Virus record (IMG/VR): IMGVR_UViG_3300025467_000044
Location: 1 to 33,470 of that record
Source: a virus
Taxonomy: Duplodnaviria > Caudoviricetes
Length of the DNA: 33,470 nt
Direction: 5' to 3' (one strand)
Shown here: positions 16,139-25,758 of the stretch, in pieces
Layout: each line of letters starts with the position of its first letter
Numbering within the stretch: the stretch's first letter is position 1
Position numbers and translations under genes: made by a program
The notes under the pieces: generated by a model
Database searches by the model: none
What the model saw: only the letters and a program-made list of their open reading frames with translations
What the model was told of the DNA's origin: nothing

Positions 16139-16670
16139 TGAAAGTGCGGCAGAATTCTTCGCCAAAGACAAAACCTATTGGTCGAAGGGTCTGAAAGCGC
16201 CAGATAAGCTTGAGTATAATGGATCTAATGTTGTGGCTGATGTTATAAAAGCTGGCGATTACCAAAAGCAAAAAGTCGTTCAGATGGTCACTGAGAAAGT
16301 ACGCGCTGCGCTTGGATCGGAATGGGTCCCAACTGCATTGCGTATTGCCAAGGTAGAGTCTGGATTTAACTGTAACGCCGTGGGGCCACGTACACGGGTA
16401 GGCAGAGGTAGAGGGGTATATCAACTCATGCCAGGGTCTAGCGCCGCTCTAGGGTATTCCTATGGCCGTTTAAATGAGTGTTCCTATGGTATTGATGCGG
16501 GCGTTGCCCATATGCAGAAGTGCCTAGAGTCAGCTGGTGGGCATATGAATCCAAACCAGATGGCAGCGTGTCACGTTAGCGGCTGGGGTGGCTGGAACCG
16601 CAAACTGAAGCGCCGTGATGAAAAATACCGCAAAAAGTATATTCATATGGCGAGTCGCGCTAGGATATAA
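16074..16670 (+). CDS. secreted lytic transglycosylase (SLT)
   Basis: Signal peptide MRKIVPLALLLVTASTQVSKA; IAKVESGFN (catalytic Glu) and GVYQLMP motifs. Confidence 0.8.
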   Translation: MRKIVPLALLLVTASTQVSKADESAAEFFAKDKTYWSKGLKAPDKLEYNGSNVVADVIKAGDYQKQKVVQMVTEKVRAALGSEWVPTALRIAKVESGFNCNAVGPRTRVGRGRGVYQLMPGSSAALGYSYGRLNECSYGIDAGVAHMQKCLESAGGHMNPNQMAACHVSGWGGWNRKLKRRDEKYRKKYIHMASRARI

Positions 16671-16745
16671 GAGGGAACGGGTGGTTGCGTAATAGACTCG
16701 CGTGGGTCCATGGTTAGCCCACACCTTAATAATATGGAGATTGAT

Positions 16746-17312
16746 ATGACTAAACCAATGAGTGTTCAAGAATTAAATGTCGTAGATAAAAGAATGATCG
16801 AATTGTGGAACAGTGGTTTCACAGGTCAGATGCTTGCCGAGTATTTTGGTAAAACACGAAATGCAATTTTAGGTCGCCTATCAAGGCTAAGAGATGCTGG
16901 CCACAACGTATCAGTAAAAGGCCAGTTAAACCCGAACAAAAATAAGCAAGAAAAACCAAAGCTTTATAATACAACCAAAGAAAGGGCGATCACAAGACGG
17001 GTTAAAGATGCTATTAAGAAGCTTGACAGTAGGAAGAAAAAAGACCTTACGCATGAAGATGATTTGATTCGAGTTGATAATTTTGACAGGTGCAAAGATA
17101 CCCGTGTGCGTATTTATGACTTAAAAAGTCATCACTGCCGATATATAGTAGACAATAGAAACCCAGATAAGTCTTGGTATTGCGGTCATCCCAAGGAAGT
17201 TAATAGCTATTGCGGGTATCATGCCAAACTTTGCTACTTACCGCCAGACCGACAACGATCAAAACAATCAGCAAGAAAATCCTCATTTGCCTATGGAAGA
17301 ACGTCACGATGA
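16746..17312 (+). CDS. gcrA: GcrA-like transcriptional regulator
   Basis: LWNSG.T...LA...G.TRNAILGRLSRL N-domain; C-domain IYDLKSHHCRYIV...YCG......SYCGYH...Y. Confidence 0.85.
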   Translation: MTKPMSVQELNVVDKRMIELWNSGFTGQMLAEYFGKTRNAILGRLSRLRDAGHNVSVKGQLNPNKNKQEKPKLYNTTKERAITRRVKDAIKKLDSRKKKDLTHEDDLIRVDNFDRCKDTRVRIYDLKSHHCRYIVDNRNPDKSWYCGHPKEVNSYCGYHAKLCYLPPDRQRSKQSARKSSFAYGRTSR

Positions 17313-17542
17313 TGCTGCAACTAGATCCTCCCATTCCAGTAGAAACGCCCAAAGGAAAAGCGATGGCTGTTGGCTGGTTGGATTATGGTGCGGAACATCA
17401 TCTTCTTTGGATTTGCTTTATTGACAAAACAGGCGAATGTTGGTCTTATCCTAATCCAGAGATTCGTGCGCAGAGCAATCCAAGCATGGGCAGAGTATAC
17501 AACGAGACATTCCTAGGGGAACCTTGGAAAATCAAATCATAA
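17309..17542 (+). CDS. conserved hypothetical phage protein
   Basis: MMLQLDPPIPVETPKG.A.A...DYG.EH...W.CF...TGECW...N..IR; ATGA overlap with gcrA. Confidence 0.75.
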   Translation: MMLQLDPPIPVETPKGKAMAVGWLDYGAEHHLLWICFIDKTGECWSYPNPEIRAQSNPSMGRVYNETFLGEPWKIKS

Positions 17543-17654
17543 GCTTGAAGTAGGGCGTAACCATTGTTCATATAAGGGGCTGATGGGGCGAAAGCGGGCT
17601 GTGATATTAAGTGCTATATCCACGCCATGTGGCACTTATTAAGAGGGACATAAA

Positions 17655-17861
17655 ATGAAATTTATTAAGTTAACAAATTCTGTGATGCAAGGAAGTCCAA
17701 TTTGGATCAATATTGATCAAATTACGGCTGTATTTGAAAAACCATCCCAGGAAGGTGGTAGTTTACAAACGCATATTTTTGGCGGCAATACAGCGAATGG
17801 TGTAACTTGGATAGTTGATGAAGGAATATCAGAAGTAATTAAATTTATAAAAGAAGCTTAA
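17655..17861 (+). CDS. hypothetical protein
   Basis: 68 aa, GAGGG RBS; last gene of the rightward operon. Confidence 0.7.
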   Translation: MKFIKLTNSVMQGSPIWINIDQITAVFEKPSQEGGSLQTHIFGGNTANGVTWIVDEGISEVIKFIKEA

Positions 17862-18752
17862 TTACTTCGACTCCAACGCAGCAACCTTATCTGATAATTC
17901 TTTAATGGCTTCAATTAGAACGCCAACAATGTTGCCATAAGCAACAGACAATGTGCCATGCGTATCATGCACAACTTCAGGAATGACTTCTTGCATTTCC
18001 TGAGCGATAACACCAACGCCACGTTTGCCACTATCAATACGGGTGTAATTAACTCCGCGCATTCTTTCCACTAACATAAGAGCGTTTTGAATTGTTGTTA
18101 CATCTGTTTTTAAATTAGCATCTGAATATGCTGTAACATTTCCTGTGGCGGTAATATTCCCGCCAGATGTAATATTCCCGCCAGATGTAATATCACTTGC
18201 AACAGACAAGGTTGAATTTATAGTTGCGCCATTCGAAACAGTAAGCGCATTTGCGGTTAATGTTGTACCATTAAATGTAAGTCCAGCAGTACCAACTGTT
18301 GTGCCACTAGAATTGTACTGGACGTATGTATTACTTCCAGCCGCGCCTGGTGAAATATTATTGTTTAGAACAACATTTGTGCCGTCAGATACAATGTTCG
18401 CCCGCGATCCTTGGGAAATTATATATGATGATCCACCACCTAAAGATGATATTGTTACTGTAAATGCGCCAGTTGTGTTATTCTGCGCTATCCACTGACC
18501 ACCAACTCCTGACGGCAACGCATAAACCACATTTGCAGTTAATGTGCCAACAATATTTAAAATTAATGGTATATATTGGGTTGAAGTGAGATTTACAGTC
18601 CCAGATACACCAGTGACTGTTAAGGTTGTTGTGCCGCCGAAAGCCTGATCAATGATTGCCCAATCGGAGTTAACTGGTACGTTCCAATCATTGACGTAAT
18701 CACCATTAGAGGGTTTTTCGATGGACTTGTTTGTTGTAAATGAACTTGCCAT
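17862..18752 (-). CDS. tail fibre/spike protein with C-terminal intramolecular chaperone (peptidase S74)
   Basis: T/S/G/N-rich body; YSDANLK...GVIAQEMQEVIPEVV...VAYGNIVGVLIEAIKEL. Confidence 0.85.
   Translation of the reverse strand: MASSFTTNKSIEKPSNGDYVNDWNVPVNSDWAIIDQAFGGTTTLTVTGVSGTVNLTSTQYIPLILNIVGTLTANVVYALPSGVGGQWIAQNNTTGAFTVTISSLGGGSSYIISQGSRANIVSDGTNVVLNNNISPGAAGSNTYVQYNSSGTTVGTAGLTFNGTTLTANALTVSNGATINSTLSVASDITSGGNITSGGNITATGNVTAYSDANLKTDVTTIQNALMLVERMRGVNYTRIDSGKRGVGVIAQEMQEVIPEVVHDTHGTLSVAYGNIVGVLIEAIKELSDKVAALESK
18151..18193. repeat. 18 bp tandem repeat (ITSGGN x2)
   Basis: GTAATATTCCCGCCAGAT twice plus a partial copy. Confidence 0.85.
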
Positions 18753-18761
18753 TGGTTACCC

Positions 18762-21149
18762 CTAAATCTTCTCGTTGGCGATGGCCAATGCTTTTGTGAT
18801 TGCTTCGTCTGGAACGGTTAATAGTGGTTCCGTTCCTTTATTGATGCGATTCTTAGCACGTTCTGCGTCCCGAACCAAGGTTTGCGCATCCATTACTTTG
18901 CCACCCATGGCGCGGCCCACACGTCCGCCTGAAGCATGAGATGTAGCCGTTCCAGCCGTAGCCGCGACAGCAGCAGTCATGCCAGTTTTAAGCTTTTGCA
19001 TAATCTCTCTTGATTGCGCATCGCTTTGCAGCATTCTTTGCAACAATTGAAAGTCTTCTGGTTTTTGTGATGTTGCTAGACGAACAATCGCATTTGCCTT
19101 ACGTGCCGCAACAGCCTCAACACCCTTTTTAGCACCATATCCCAAACCAGCGACAGCAAGCGCTTTAGGGTTGGTTAAGAGGGCTGGGTTTTCAATTAAA
19201 GCTAAACCCATTGCCCCCAAGCCAACTTGATTAATAGTGTTTGATGGAAGCTTGGGCGTAATAGTATTTGCAACAGCAGCAAGATGCGCCGTATCGGTGG
19301 CGTTCTTTACCGAATCAAATGTGCCAGGTCCAATACCAGTATTTAAAACAGTTTTGTAGCGACCAAGCGTTGTGTTATCCGCTGCGTTAAATACGCGAAT
19401 AGCTTGTTGAGGATTCTCTTTAATAAACGACAACAACCCATTAGCCATGCTTTGTTTTTCTGCGGGCGTGTACTCCGTAGAAAACGCATTCATCATCTGG
19501 TCTGGCAACTCTGGTGTTGATGTTTTTGATGCAATATTGCCAACATCAAAGAATTTCTGACCAGCTTCATAAGCGTTATCATTTTGAAAATAACGGCGAG
19601 CAGTATCAGTTGCATCCCCATAAAGAAAGTTGCCATTTTGATCTGTAACAGCATTTCTCATATAATCAGATAACTGATTTTTCTGATCCGTTATAAGTGT
19701 TGATAGTTGGTTTTTACCCTTTTTATAAGCTTGTTTAGCCTGTTCATTAAGGCTACGTTTTACATAATCTAAATACTCAAGGCTAAAACCAGTCTGGGGT
19801 GAATTTTGTATATTAGGTTGACCATTAACAGTAGTGGGTTTTAATGCGGGAAAGCTTGGCGGAGCCGTTTGTTGACCACCAGTGAAAGGTTTGCCATATT
19901 TAGCATTCCACATCATATCCGCTTCGGAAAAAGCTTTTGTGCCAAATTTATTATTAATTAAAAACCCTAAATTAGGAGGAGTTAAATTTTGTGCGTTTGG
20001 GTCATTATAAGCGGCTGAATAGACTTTATCTAAAACATCCGATTTAGCTTTATCAGCTAATTGTTGTTGCGCGGCGGAATTTATTGGCTTTCCAGCTGCC
20101 TGATCTATAGCTGATTGGAACACGCCAGTGCTATCGGAATAACGGTTGTTTAAATCCGACACAAGATTATCGACGGCGGTTGTGTCGCTTGCCTTACCAG
20201 CAGCCTTTTCAACAATACCCTTTGCACCAGATATATCTATTGGCATAGCACTTTTGTCTTCAGCTAAACCTTTTTGAATTATAGAAGGTGCAGCCTCCCC
20301 AGCGGCGGTAGGTGCTTGCCCAGATAAAAGTGAACGAGCAGCGGCAGATTGGGTATCAAATAAATTTTCAAATGTATTACGCGCAGCCCCAGCCAAAGAG
20401 CCAAGACCACGAGCAACTAAATTACCCGCTGGGCCAGCTATGGTACCCATTTCAGCGCCTGTTAGGGCATTTTTACCAATATCTGACCAAGTAGATCCTG
20501 GAGCGGATGAAGCGGCACTTGATGCGGCACCTGTTAAAGCACCCAGTCCAGCTGCGCCAGCTAATGTAGCACCAGCTTCAGGTGCAAGAACTGCGGCAGG
20601 TATAGCAGATGCTATGTTTGTGGCTACGTGACCAGCGCCATAGGCCCAAGGATGCTGTTGCCAACGAGCATTATTATAAGCTTCTTGCTCTGCTAAAATG
20701 TTTTTATAACGCTCGTCTTCGGTATCACCATAGCTTGCGTAATCATCAGATTTAGCTTTTGATGAAGCAATTGTTTTTGCGACCAATGGGCCGACTATAG
20801 GAACACTTGATTCTGTTGGCGTAGTAAATGCTTTCATTGCTCCTTCTTTAGCAACGGCGGCATCTGCTATTGGTTGGTATCTTGCTACTCTTGCTTGATG
20901 CTCTTCTTCAGCTGATTGTGGCCCAGTTTGTTGTTGCTGACCGCCAGATGCAATTTTCATTAGATCTTGATCGGACATTTGTGCATATGGATTGTCTTTT
21001 GGTGCAGAACCAACAATCGACATCAACTGGTCATTTGACATATTTTGCAATGAAGGCGTTTGTTGTTGATCCTGTGATTGCTGGCCACCAGATACAATTG
21101 ATTGTAAATCAGAATCAGACATTTGGGAAAAATCAGGAGTATCAGCCAT
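18762..21149 (-). CDS. internal virion (ejection) protein
   Basis: 795 aa, A/G/Q-rich with hydrophobic Gly/Ala segments; lies downstream of the nozzle as in podoviruses. Confidence 0.65.
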   Translation of the reverse strand: MADTPDFSQMSDSDLQSIVSGGQQSQDQQQTPSLQNMSNDQLMSIVGSAPKDNPYAQMSDQDLMKIASGGQQQQTGPQSAEEEHQARVARYQPIADAAVAKEGAMKAFTTPTESSVPIVGPLVAKTIASSKAKSDDYASYGDTEDERYKNILAEQEAYNNARWQQHPWAYGAGHVATNIASAIPAAVLAPEAGATLAGAAGLGALTGAASSAASSAPGSTWSDIGKNALTGAEMGTIAGPAGNLVARGLGSLAGAARNTFENLFDTQSAAARSLLSGQAPTAAGEAAPSIIQKGLAEDKSAMPIDISGAKGIVEKAAGKASDTTAVDNLVSDLNNRYSDSTGVFQSAIDQAAGKPINSAAQQQLADKAKSDVLDKVYSAAYNDPNAQNLTPPNLGFLINNKFGTKAFSEADMMWNAKYGKPFTGGQQTAPPSFPALKPTTVNGQPNIQNSPQTGFSLEYLDYVKRSLNEQAKQAYKKGKNQLSTLITDQKNQLSDYMRNAVTDQNGNFLYGDATDTARRYFQNDNAYEAGQKFFDVGNIASKTSTPELPDQMMNAFSTEYTPAEKQSMANGLLSFIKENPQQAIRVFNAADNTTLGRYKTVLNTGIGPGTFDSVKNATDTAHLAAVANTITPKLPSNTINQVGLGAMGLALIENPALLTNPKALAVAGLGYGAKKGVEAVAARKANAIVRLATSQKPEDFQLLQRMLQSDAQSREIMQKLKTGMTAAVAATAGTATSHASGGRVGRAMGGKVMDAQTLVRDAERAKNRINKGTEPLLTVPDEAITKALAIANEKI

Positions 21150-24100
21150 TATTGATTCCCACTTGCTGTTTGACGGCGCGCTAATTCAGCAGCAGCTTGC
21201 CTCCGAATTAACTCGCTTTGCGCTTGTTGTTGAACCTGTGTATTGGGTGTACTTTGCGTTGATTTTTGCGCTTCCGTACCAGCGGGTGGAATATAGAAAG
21301 GATTAGCTTTATCAAAATCCTTAGCAGCCTTAATTATATTATGTTTTGCAGGGTCCATTCCACCTAAATAGTCACCCTTTTGGATAATTTTATCAGCCTG
21401 AGGTACAATAGCATTTTGGATCATAAATTTAATTGCCCTCGCATCAACGCTTGCAGCATCGGGAGAGCCGTTTTTTAACATTGCATTAAATTGCGAAACC
21501 CTTTGCTGGTCGCCACCAAGCGCAGCTTTTACGTTTTCAATGGCAAGCGGTGTAACGCCTTTTTTAATTTCATCATAAATAGCTGGATTTGTTATAAATT
21601 TATCGGTCCAACTAGAATCAACACCAGCACTATTTAAAACTTTAGCTACATTAGCTTTCCATTCAGCAATTCCACCAGTTTGAATACGGGGATTACCATC
21701 TTGGTCAAAGAGCGTATTTAATAATTGTTGTGCTGTGGCTTTTCTACTTACAGCTTCAGTTGATGCATGCATAGCATCATTTTGTGTTGTTAAGTTAGCT
21801 GTTTGTTGTTGTTTTCTGTTATCAGCATAAAGATCAGCCAATTTACTGACGTCAGCATTTTCAGTGGTATTTGCGGTTAACCTAAGTTGAGCGGCTTCAC
21901 GTTGCATTTCATCGGCAGCATCTTTATTACCAGATAATCTAAATTGATACGCTTGATTAGATGCATTATCGGCAGCGCGATTTAATTGTGCCGCCTGAGA
22001 TGATGGATTTGAAGCGTAAGTTGAACGTAATTGTTGTATGTCAGAAATAGGATTTGACATAAGATAATCTTGATATGGGTCTTTAGGCTGACCATTAGTA
22101 GTGGGTTGTTGCCCAGAAGAAGGTTGTGCTTGCGCCTGTTGCGGCCCTTGCGCTTGTTGTTGTCCTTGTGCTGGAACTGGTTTTGTTTGCTGCGGCGTAC
22201 CCCCAACTGGAGTGGGTGCAGAAGGTGCAGACGGCGCTTGAGGACCAGCCAAAGAACCTAAGTTTGATGTACCACCCTTTAAAACATTTGGTAGGTTGGC
22301 ATAAAATTGGTCAGATGGTATGGGATGATTAGGATCAAATTTACTTACTGTCAAAAATTTCCCAGGATTTTTAGGATCTGGAACTGTTGTATAAGTGTTA
22401 TTTATTAAATCAAATGTATTTTTCGCAATTTGGCTTTGCTGCAATTGCTGACGTTGTGAAGCTTGAGCAGCGCCTCCAATACCTTGTAATATAGCCGCAC
22501 CAAGATAACGACTTGGCGATGAAGCCATAGTACCCAAGCCAGTAGCCAGCGGAACAAGCCAATTTTGGTTTCGATCATACCAGTTTCCGACACTATCAGC
22601 GGCACTTCCAATTTGACCGAATATTCCTTGTGATTCTTGACCGCCAGCAAGACCTGGAGCAACCCGCGCTGTTTTTGGACTAGCGCCTGTTTGAGCCATA
22701 GATTGTGATGCCCAATTAATCAAATCCGAATTAGTATTCATCTTAGCTAAAAATGGATTTGATTCAATAGCTTTAGGGCTAACAGTGTCTTTTATATTAG
22801 CGTCTGGATCTGAAAGAACTTTTTTAGCACCCTCTGCACCAAGGAAATGAGCAAGATATGTATTTGTCAAATTTGGTTCAAAACCAGCATTTTGAAGTGA
22901 AGTTTGATTGTCTTTAATAAATCTTGCACCAGCTTGTGCATTGGCAACTGGATCAAATTTATCCTGTCCACTGCCGTATCTCTTCCATGTTCCATCAGTA
23001 AATTGGAAAAGACCACCCGCAGACGAATTTTGATTTTGTGCATTTGGCGAAAATTGGCTTTCGTGCGCTGCTATGTGCAACCCAATTTGTGGATCAACCC
23101 CTTCTTTATTAAAAGCATCAGTGATAACATTTGGAATATATGTCTGAGCATTATCGCTGCTGTCGTCAGGTGGGTTTCCGACAACATTCCCTTCAGATCC
23201 ATCGTGATGTTCACGCTGCGGAACAACACCACCATCCTTGAATGGTAAAAACATTGCAGCTGGGCCAAGAGATGAAAAAAATGAACCTAAACCACTTCCA
23301 ATGCTACCCATTAAACCCGTACCAGCAGCGGAAGCACCACCAGCACCAAGGCCAATATTTTCAGCTGTAAAACCAGAACCAAGAACAGAATCCAGTGTTC
23401 CCGCATTTGTTGCTGCATTGAATCCACCAGCTAAATTTCCAAGTCCGCCAGCCACATCAGAGCCAAGGCCATATAAACCTTTTAATGTGCTTGCTGCACC
23501 AAGAAGATTACCAGCTGTTGAACCTTGCCCGCCAGCCTGTGCTGTCTGCGCAGCTTTTAGCATTTGAGGTGATTTTTCGCCTTCTTTAGCTACTTCTCCA
23601 ACTATGCTGTCCCCACCATAAGGAATAGCATGGTCTTTATTATCATCAACTTCACCGCCATCATCATAATGATGACGGCCTATTACACCACCTCTTGCAT
23701 TCCCAGAAGGTTGTTGTTGCGAACTATCTAACCAACTTTTAGCTTGGCTAATCAAACCAGGTTGTGCTGGAGTTGTATATGTTGACCCATCTTTTGTATA
23801 TGATTGGGCTGGTGTACCCATAAGACCTTGCTTGGCCCAATTAAAATCACTAACACCTTCTTTTAAATCACCTATGTCGGACATTATTTGTTTTCCGACA
23901 GGCGCTTGTTGTGTGCTTGGCGTAGATGCTGTTACAAGCTTTGGTGTTGGCAAATTACCAGATGGGACCACACCCTTAGCGCCAGGCGTTGAACTGTTTT
24001 GCTGACCATACAGGCCGCCAGATGCGTAAGGTGCATACATCTGCGCACGGGCAGCAACAAGTTGTTGAAGATCCATAGGATCAACTAAACCGCCACCCGC

Positions 24101-25222
24101 AAAACCCAACCCAGCGTGTTCTGGGCCTACTGCCCCTCCTTGCGAATTAGCAACAAGGCCGCCAGCATAATAATGACCACGGCGAGCCGCTTCATCTGTG
24201 GCTTTGTCATAGTCAACGGTTTTGTACCCGTTTTGTTCCCCAACGGCTTCTGGGTGATGCTTCTCGACATCTTGTGCGACAAGACCAATTTGTTTAGGAC
24301 CATGTTGCCCCTTATAACGGAATTTAACAATCTTCTGACCATCGAAGGTCTTACCAATTGTTTGTACATCTTCCTTGAGTCGTTCATCAGAGAAAAATGG
24401 TGCGGGACCAGTAGTTGTTGTAGTTGATCCAGATAACGCACCAGTGCCTTCTGCAATGTTTGCGAGAAATTGTGCCGTCTGGAATGGGTATCCCTGTTGT
24501 TGCAGGAATTGATTGTAGAGGGCTGTAAGGCCAGCCTGTTGGGTTTGCTGTGGTACTGTACCAGCGGTAAGCGCAGCCTGACCACCAGTGATGGCAGCGT
24601 TTTGTGCGGCTGTGCCAAGACCGCCAATGGCCTGACCTGCTTGTGATAGACGAGCAAGGTTTGCCTGTTGTGCGGCTAAATCAGCACCCTGTTGTTGTGC
24701 AGCAACATTTTGTGCTTGGGTATATCCAGATTGTAGTTGGCCAGCTAATGCTTGCTGGTTAGCAAGATTTTGCTGATAAGCCAAATTAGAAAGGCCAATA
24801 TTACCACGATCACCGCCAAATGCTCCCTGTGTAGCTTGCTGACCTTGTAATTGCGAAGCTTGTTGCGCATTTTGCATTTGTTGCGCGGCGAGAGTTGTAC
24901 CCACCACATTTTGCAAATATGGCGACATATATTGATTTGTATTTAATTGACCCAAATTAGCGGGGCCAGCACCAGCCATTGTTAAGCCAGTCGCAACATC
25001 GTAATAAGGCTGTGCGCTTCCCATATTAGACTGGATCTGATTAATGCCAGACTGTTGCGTTTGATTAATTGGCGCAACGAAAGCGTTAGGATCAGTGGAA
25101 TATTGCTGGAACGGAGTTTGGGCGACCTGTTCAGCTTGGGCGTTAACTGCGTTATATCTCGCTAGCACCTCGGGAGGTATACTCACAGTTGACGATGAGG
25201 TACTCGTTTTGCCGCCGCCCAT
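21149..25222 (-). CDS. large internal virion (ejection) protein with internal S74-like domain and lytic transglycosylase domain
   Basis: MGGGKTS N-terminus and Q-rich pilot-like region; FFSDERLK...IGLVAQDVE...VDY; AHESQFSPNAQN..SSAGGLFQF..GTW...YLAHFLG. Confidence 0.8.
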   Translation of the reverse strand: MGGGKTSTSSSTVSIPPEVLARYNAVNAQAEQVAQTPFQQYSTDPNAFVAPINQTQQSGINQIQSNMGSAQPYYDVATGLTMAGAGPANLGQLNTNQYMSPYLQNVVGTTLAAQQMQNAQQASQLQGQQATQGAFGGDRGNIGLSNLAYQQNLANQQALAGQLQSGYTQAQNVAAQQQGADLAAQQANLARLSQAGQAIGGLGTAAQNAAITGGQAALTAGTVPQQTQQAGLTALYNQFLQQQGYPFQTAQFLANIAEGTGALSGSTTTTTGPAPFFSDERLKEDVQTIGKTFDGQKIVKFRYKGQHGPKQIGLVAQDVEKHHPEAVGEQNGYKTVDYDKATDEAARRGHYYAGGLVANSQGGAVGPEHAGLGFAGGGLVDPMDLQQLVAARAQMYAPYASGGLYGQQNSSTPGAKGVVPSGNLPTPKLVTASTPSTQQAPVGKQIMSDIGDLKEGVSDFNWAKQGLMGTPAQSYTKDGSTYTTPAQPGLISQAKSWLDSSQQQPSGNARGGVIGRHHYDDGGEVDDNKDHAIPYGGDSIVGEVAKEGEKSPQMLKAAQTAQAGGQGSTAGNLLGAASTLKGLYGLGSDVAGGLGNLAGGFNAATNAGTLDSVLGSGFTAENIGLGAGGASAAGTGLMGSIGSGLGSFFSSLGPAAMFLPFKDGGVVPQREHHDGSEGNVVGNPPDDSSDNAQTYIPNVITDAFNKEGVDPQIGLHIAAHESQFSPNAQNQNSSAGGLFQFTDGTWKRYGSGQDKFDPVANAQAGARFIKDNQTSLQNAGFEPNLTNTYLAHFLGAEGAKKVLSDPDANIKDTVSPKAIESNPFLAKMNTNSDLINWASQSMAQTGASPKTARVAPGLAGGQESQGIFGQIGSAADSVGNWYDRNQNWLVPLATGLGTMASSPSRYLGAAILQGIGGAAQASQRQQLQQSQIAKNTFDLINNTYTTVPDPKNPGKFLTVSKFDPNHPIPSDQFYANLPNVLKGGTSNLGSLAGPQAPSAPSAPTPVGGTPQQTKPVPAQGQQQAQGPQQAQAQPSSGQQPTTNGQPKDPYQDYLMSNPISDIQQLRSTYASNPSSQAAQLNRAADNASNQAYQFRLSGNKDAADEMQREAAQLRLTANTTENADVSKLADLYADNRKQQQTANLTTQNDAMHASTEAVSRKATAQQLLNTLFDQDGNPRIQTGGIAEWKANVAKVLNSAGVDSSWTDKFITNPAIYDEIKKGVTPLAIENVKAALGGDQQRVSQFNAMLKNGSPDAASVDARAIKFMIQNAIVPQADKIIQKGDYLGGMDPAKHNIIKAAKDFDKANPFYIPPAGTEAQKSTQSTPNTQVQQQAQSELIRRQAAAELARRQTASGNQ

Positions 25223-25245
25223 ATTAAACTCCTAATTTCCGCTGA

Positions 25246-25740
25246 TTATACAGCAGATTTATCCTTCCAACCACCAGTTTTAGCGCCATATAACCAATAT
25301 GCCCCGTGCGGTTCGCCAAACTGACGTTGATACAATCGAACTTTACTTTCAGCCCGATTAGAACTTAAGATTCCAATTACCAAGGGGATGCCAAGCTTAT
25401 CGGCAGCGGCCTTAGCAAACTCACACATTTTACGTGCGCGACCACCCTTGGCGCTGCGGTAATCTGGATGGACGAAAATGGCCCGTTCAATCAAGGTCAG
25501 ATCATCCGAATACCACATTGGTTCTGTGCGAAGAAGGATTGCCGATTCGAATTGTTTACCTGGCGCACCAATGATTCCAACAATTCCCCGTTCCAGATTA
25601 AGTGCTGCCCAAATCTCAGCAAGCAACTTGGTTGGATTCGGGTTAGTCAAACCATTCTCCTCACACGCAGCCAACGCTAATTGCATCATGCCATCAACGT
25701 CGTCTTTAGTGCCAACACGCACTTTTACTTCATCACTCAT
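25246..25740 (-). CDS. GNAT-fold protein (virion morphogenesis module)
   Basis: VRVGTKDD, ERAIFVHPDYR...GRARKM, RLYQR; position analogous to GNAT-like genes before podovirus ejection genes. Confidence 0.75.
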   Translation of the reverse strand: MSDEVKVRVGTKDDVDGMMQLALAACEENGLTNPNPTKLLAEIWAALNLERGIVGIIGAPGKQFESAILLRTEPMWYSDDLTLIERAIFVHPDYRSAKGGRARKMCEFAKAAADKLGIPLVIGILSSNRAESKVRLYQRQFGEPHGAYWLYGAKTGGWKDKSAV

Positions 25741-25758
25741 AGACCCTCTCTCTATGGG

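Noticed and set aside
17578-17600. Hammerhead-like CTGATGG...GAAA
   Set aside because: The core reads CUGAUGG rather than CUGAUGA, stem II is missing, and no valid stem III or NUH site could be formed.
17862-18752. Diversity-generating retroelement targeting the tail fibre
   Set aside because: No reverse transcriptase and no template/variable repeat pair seen in the window.
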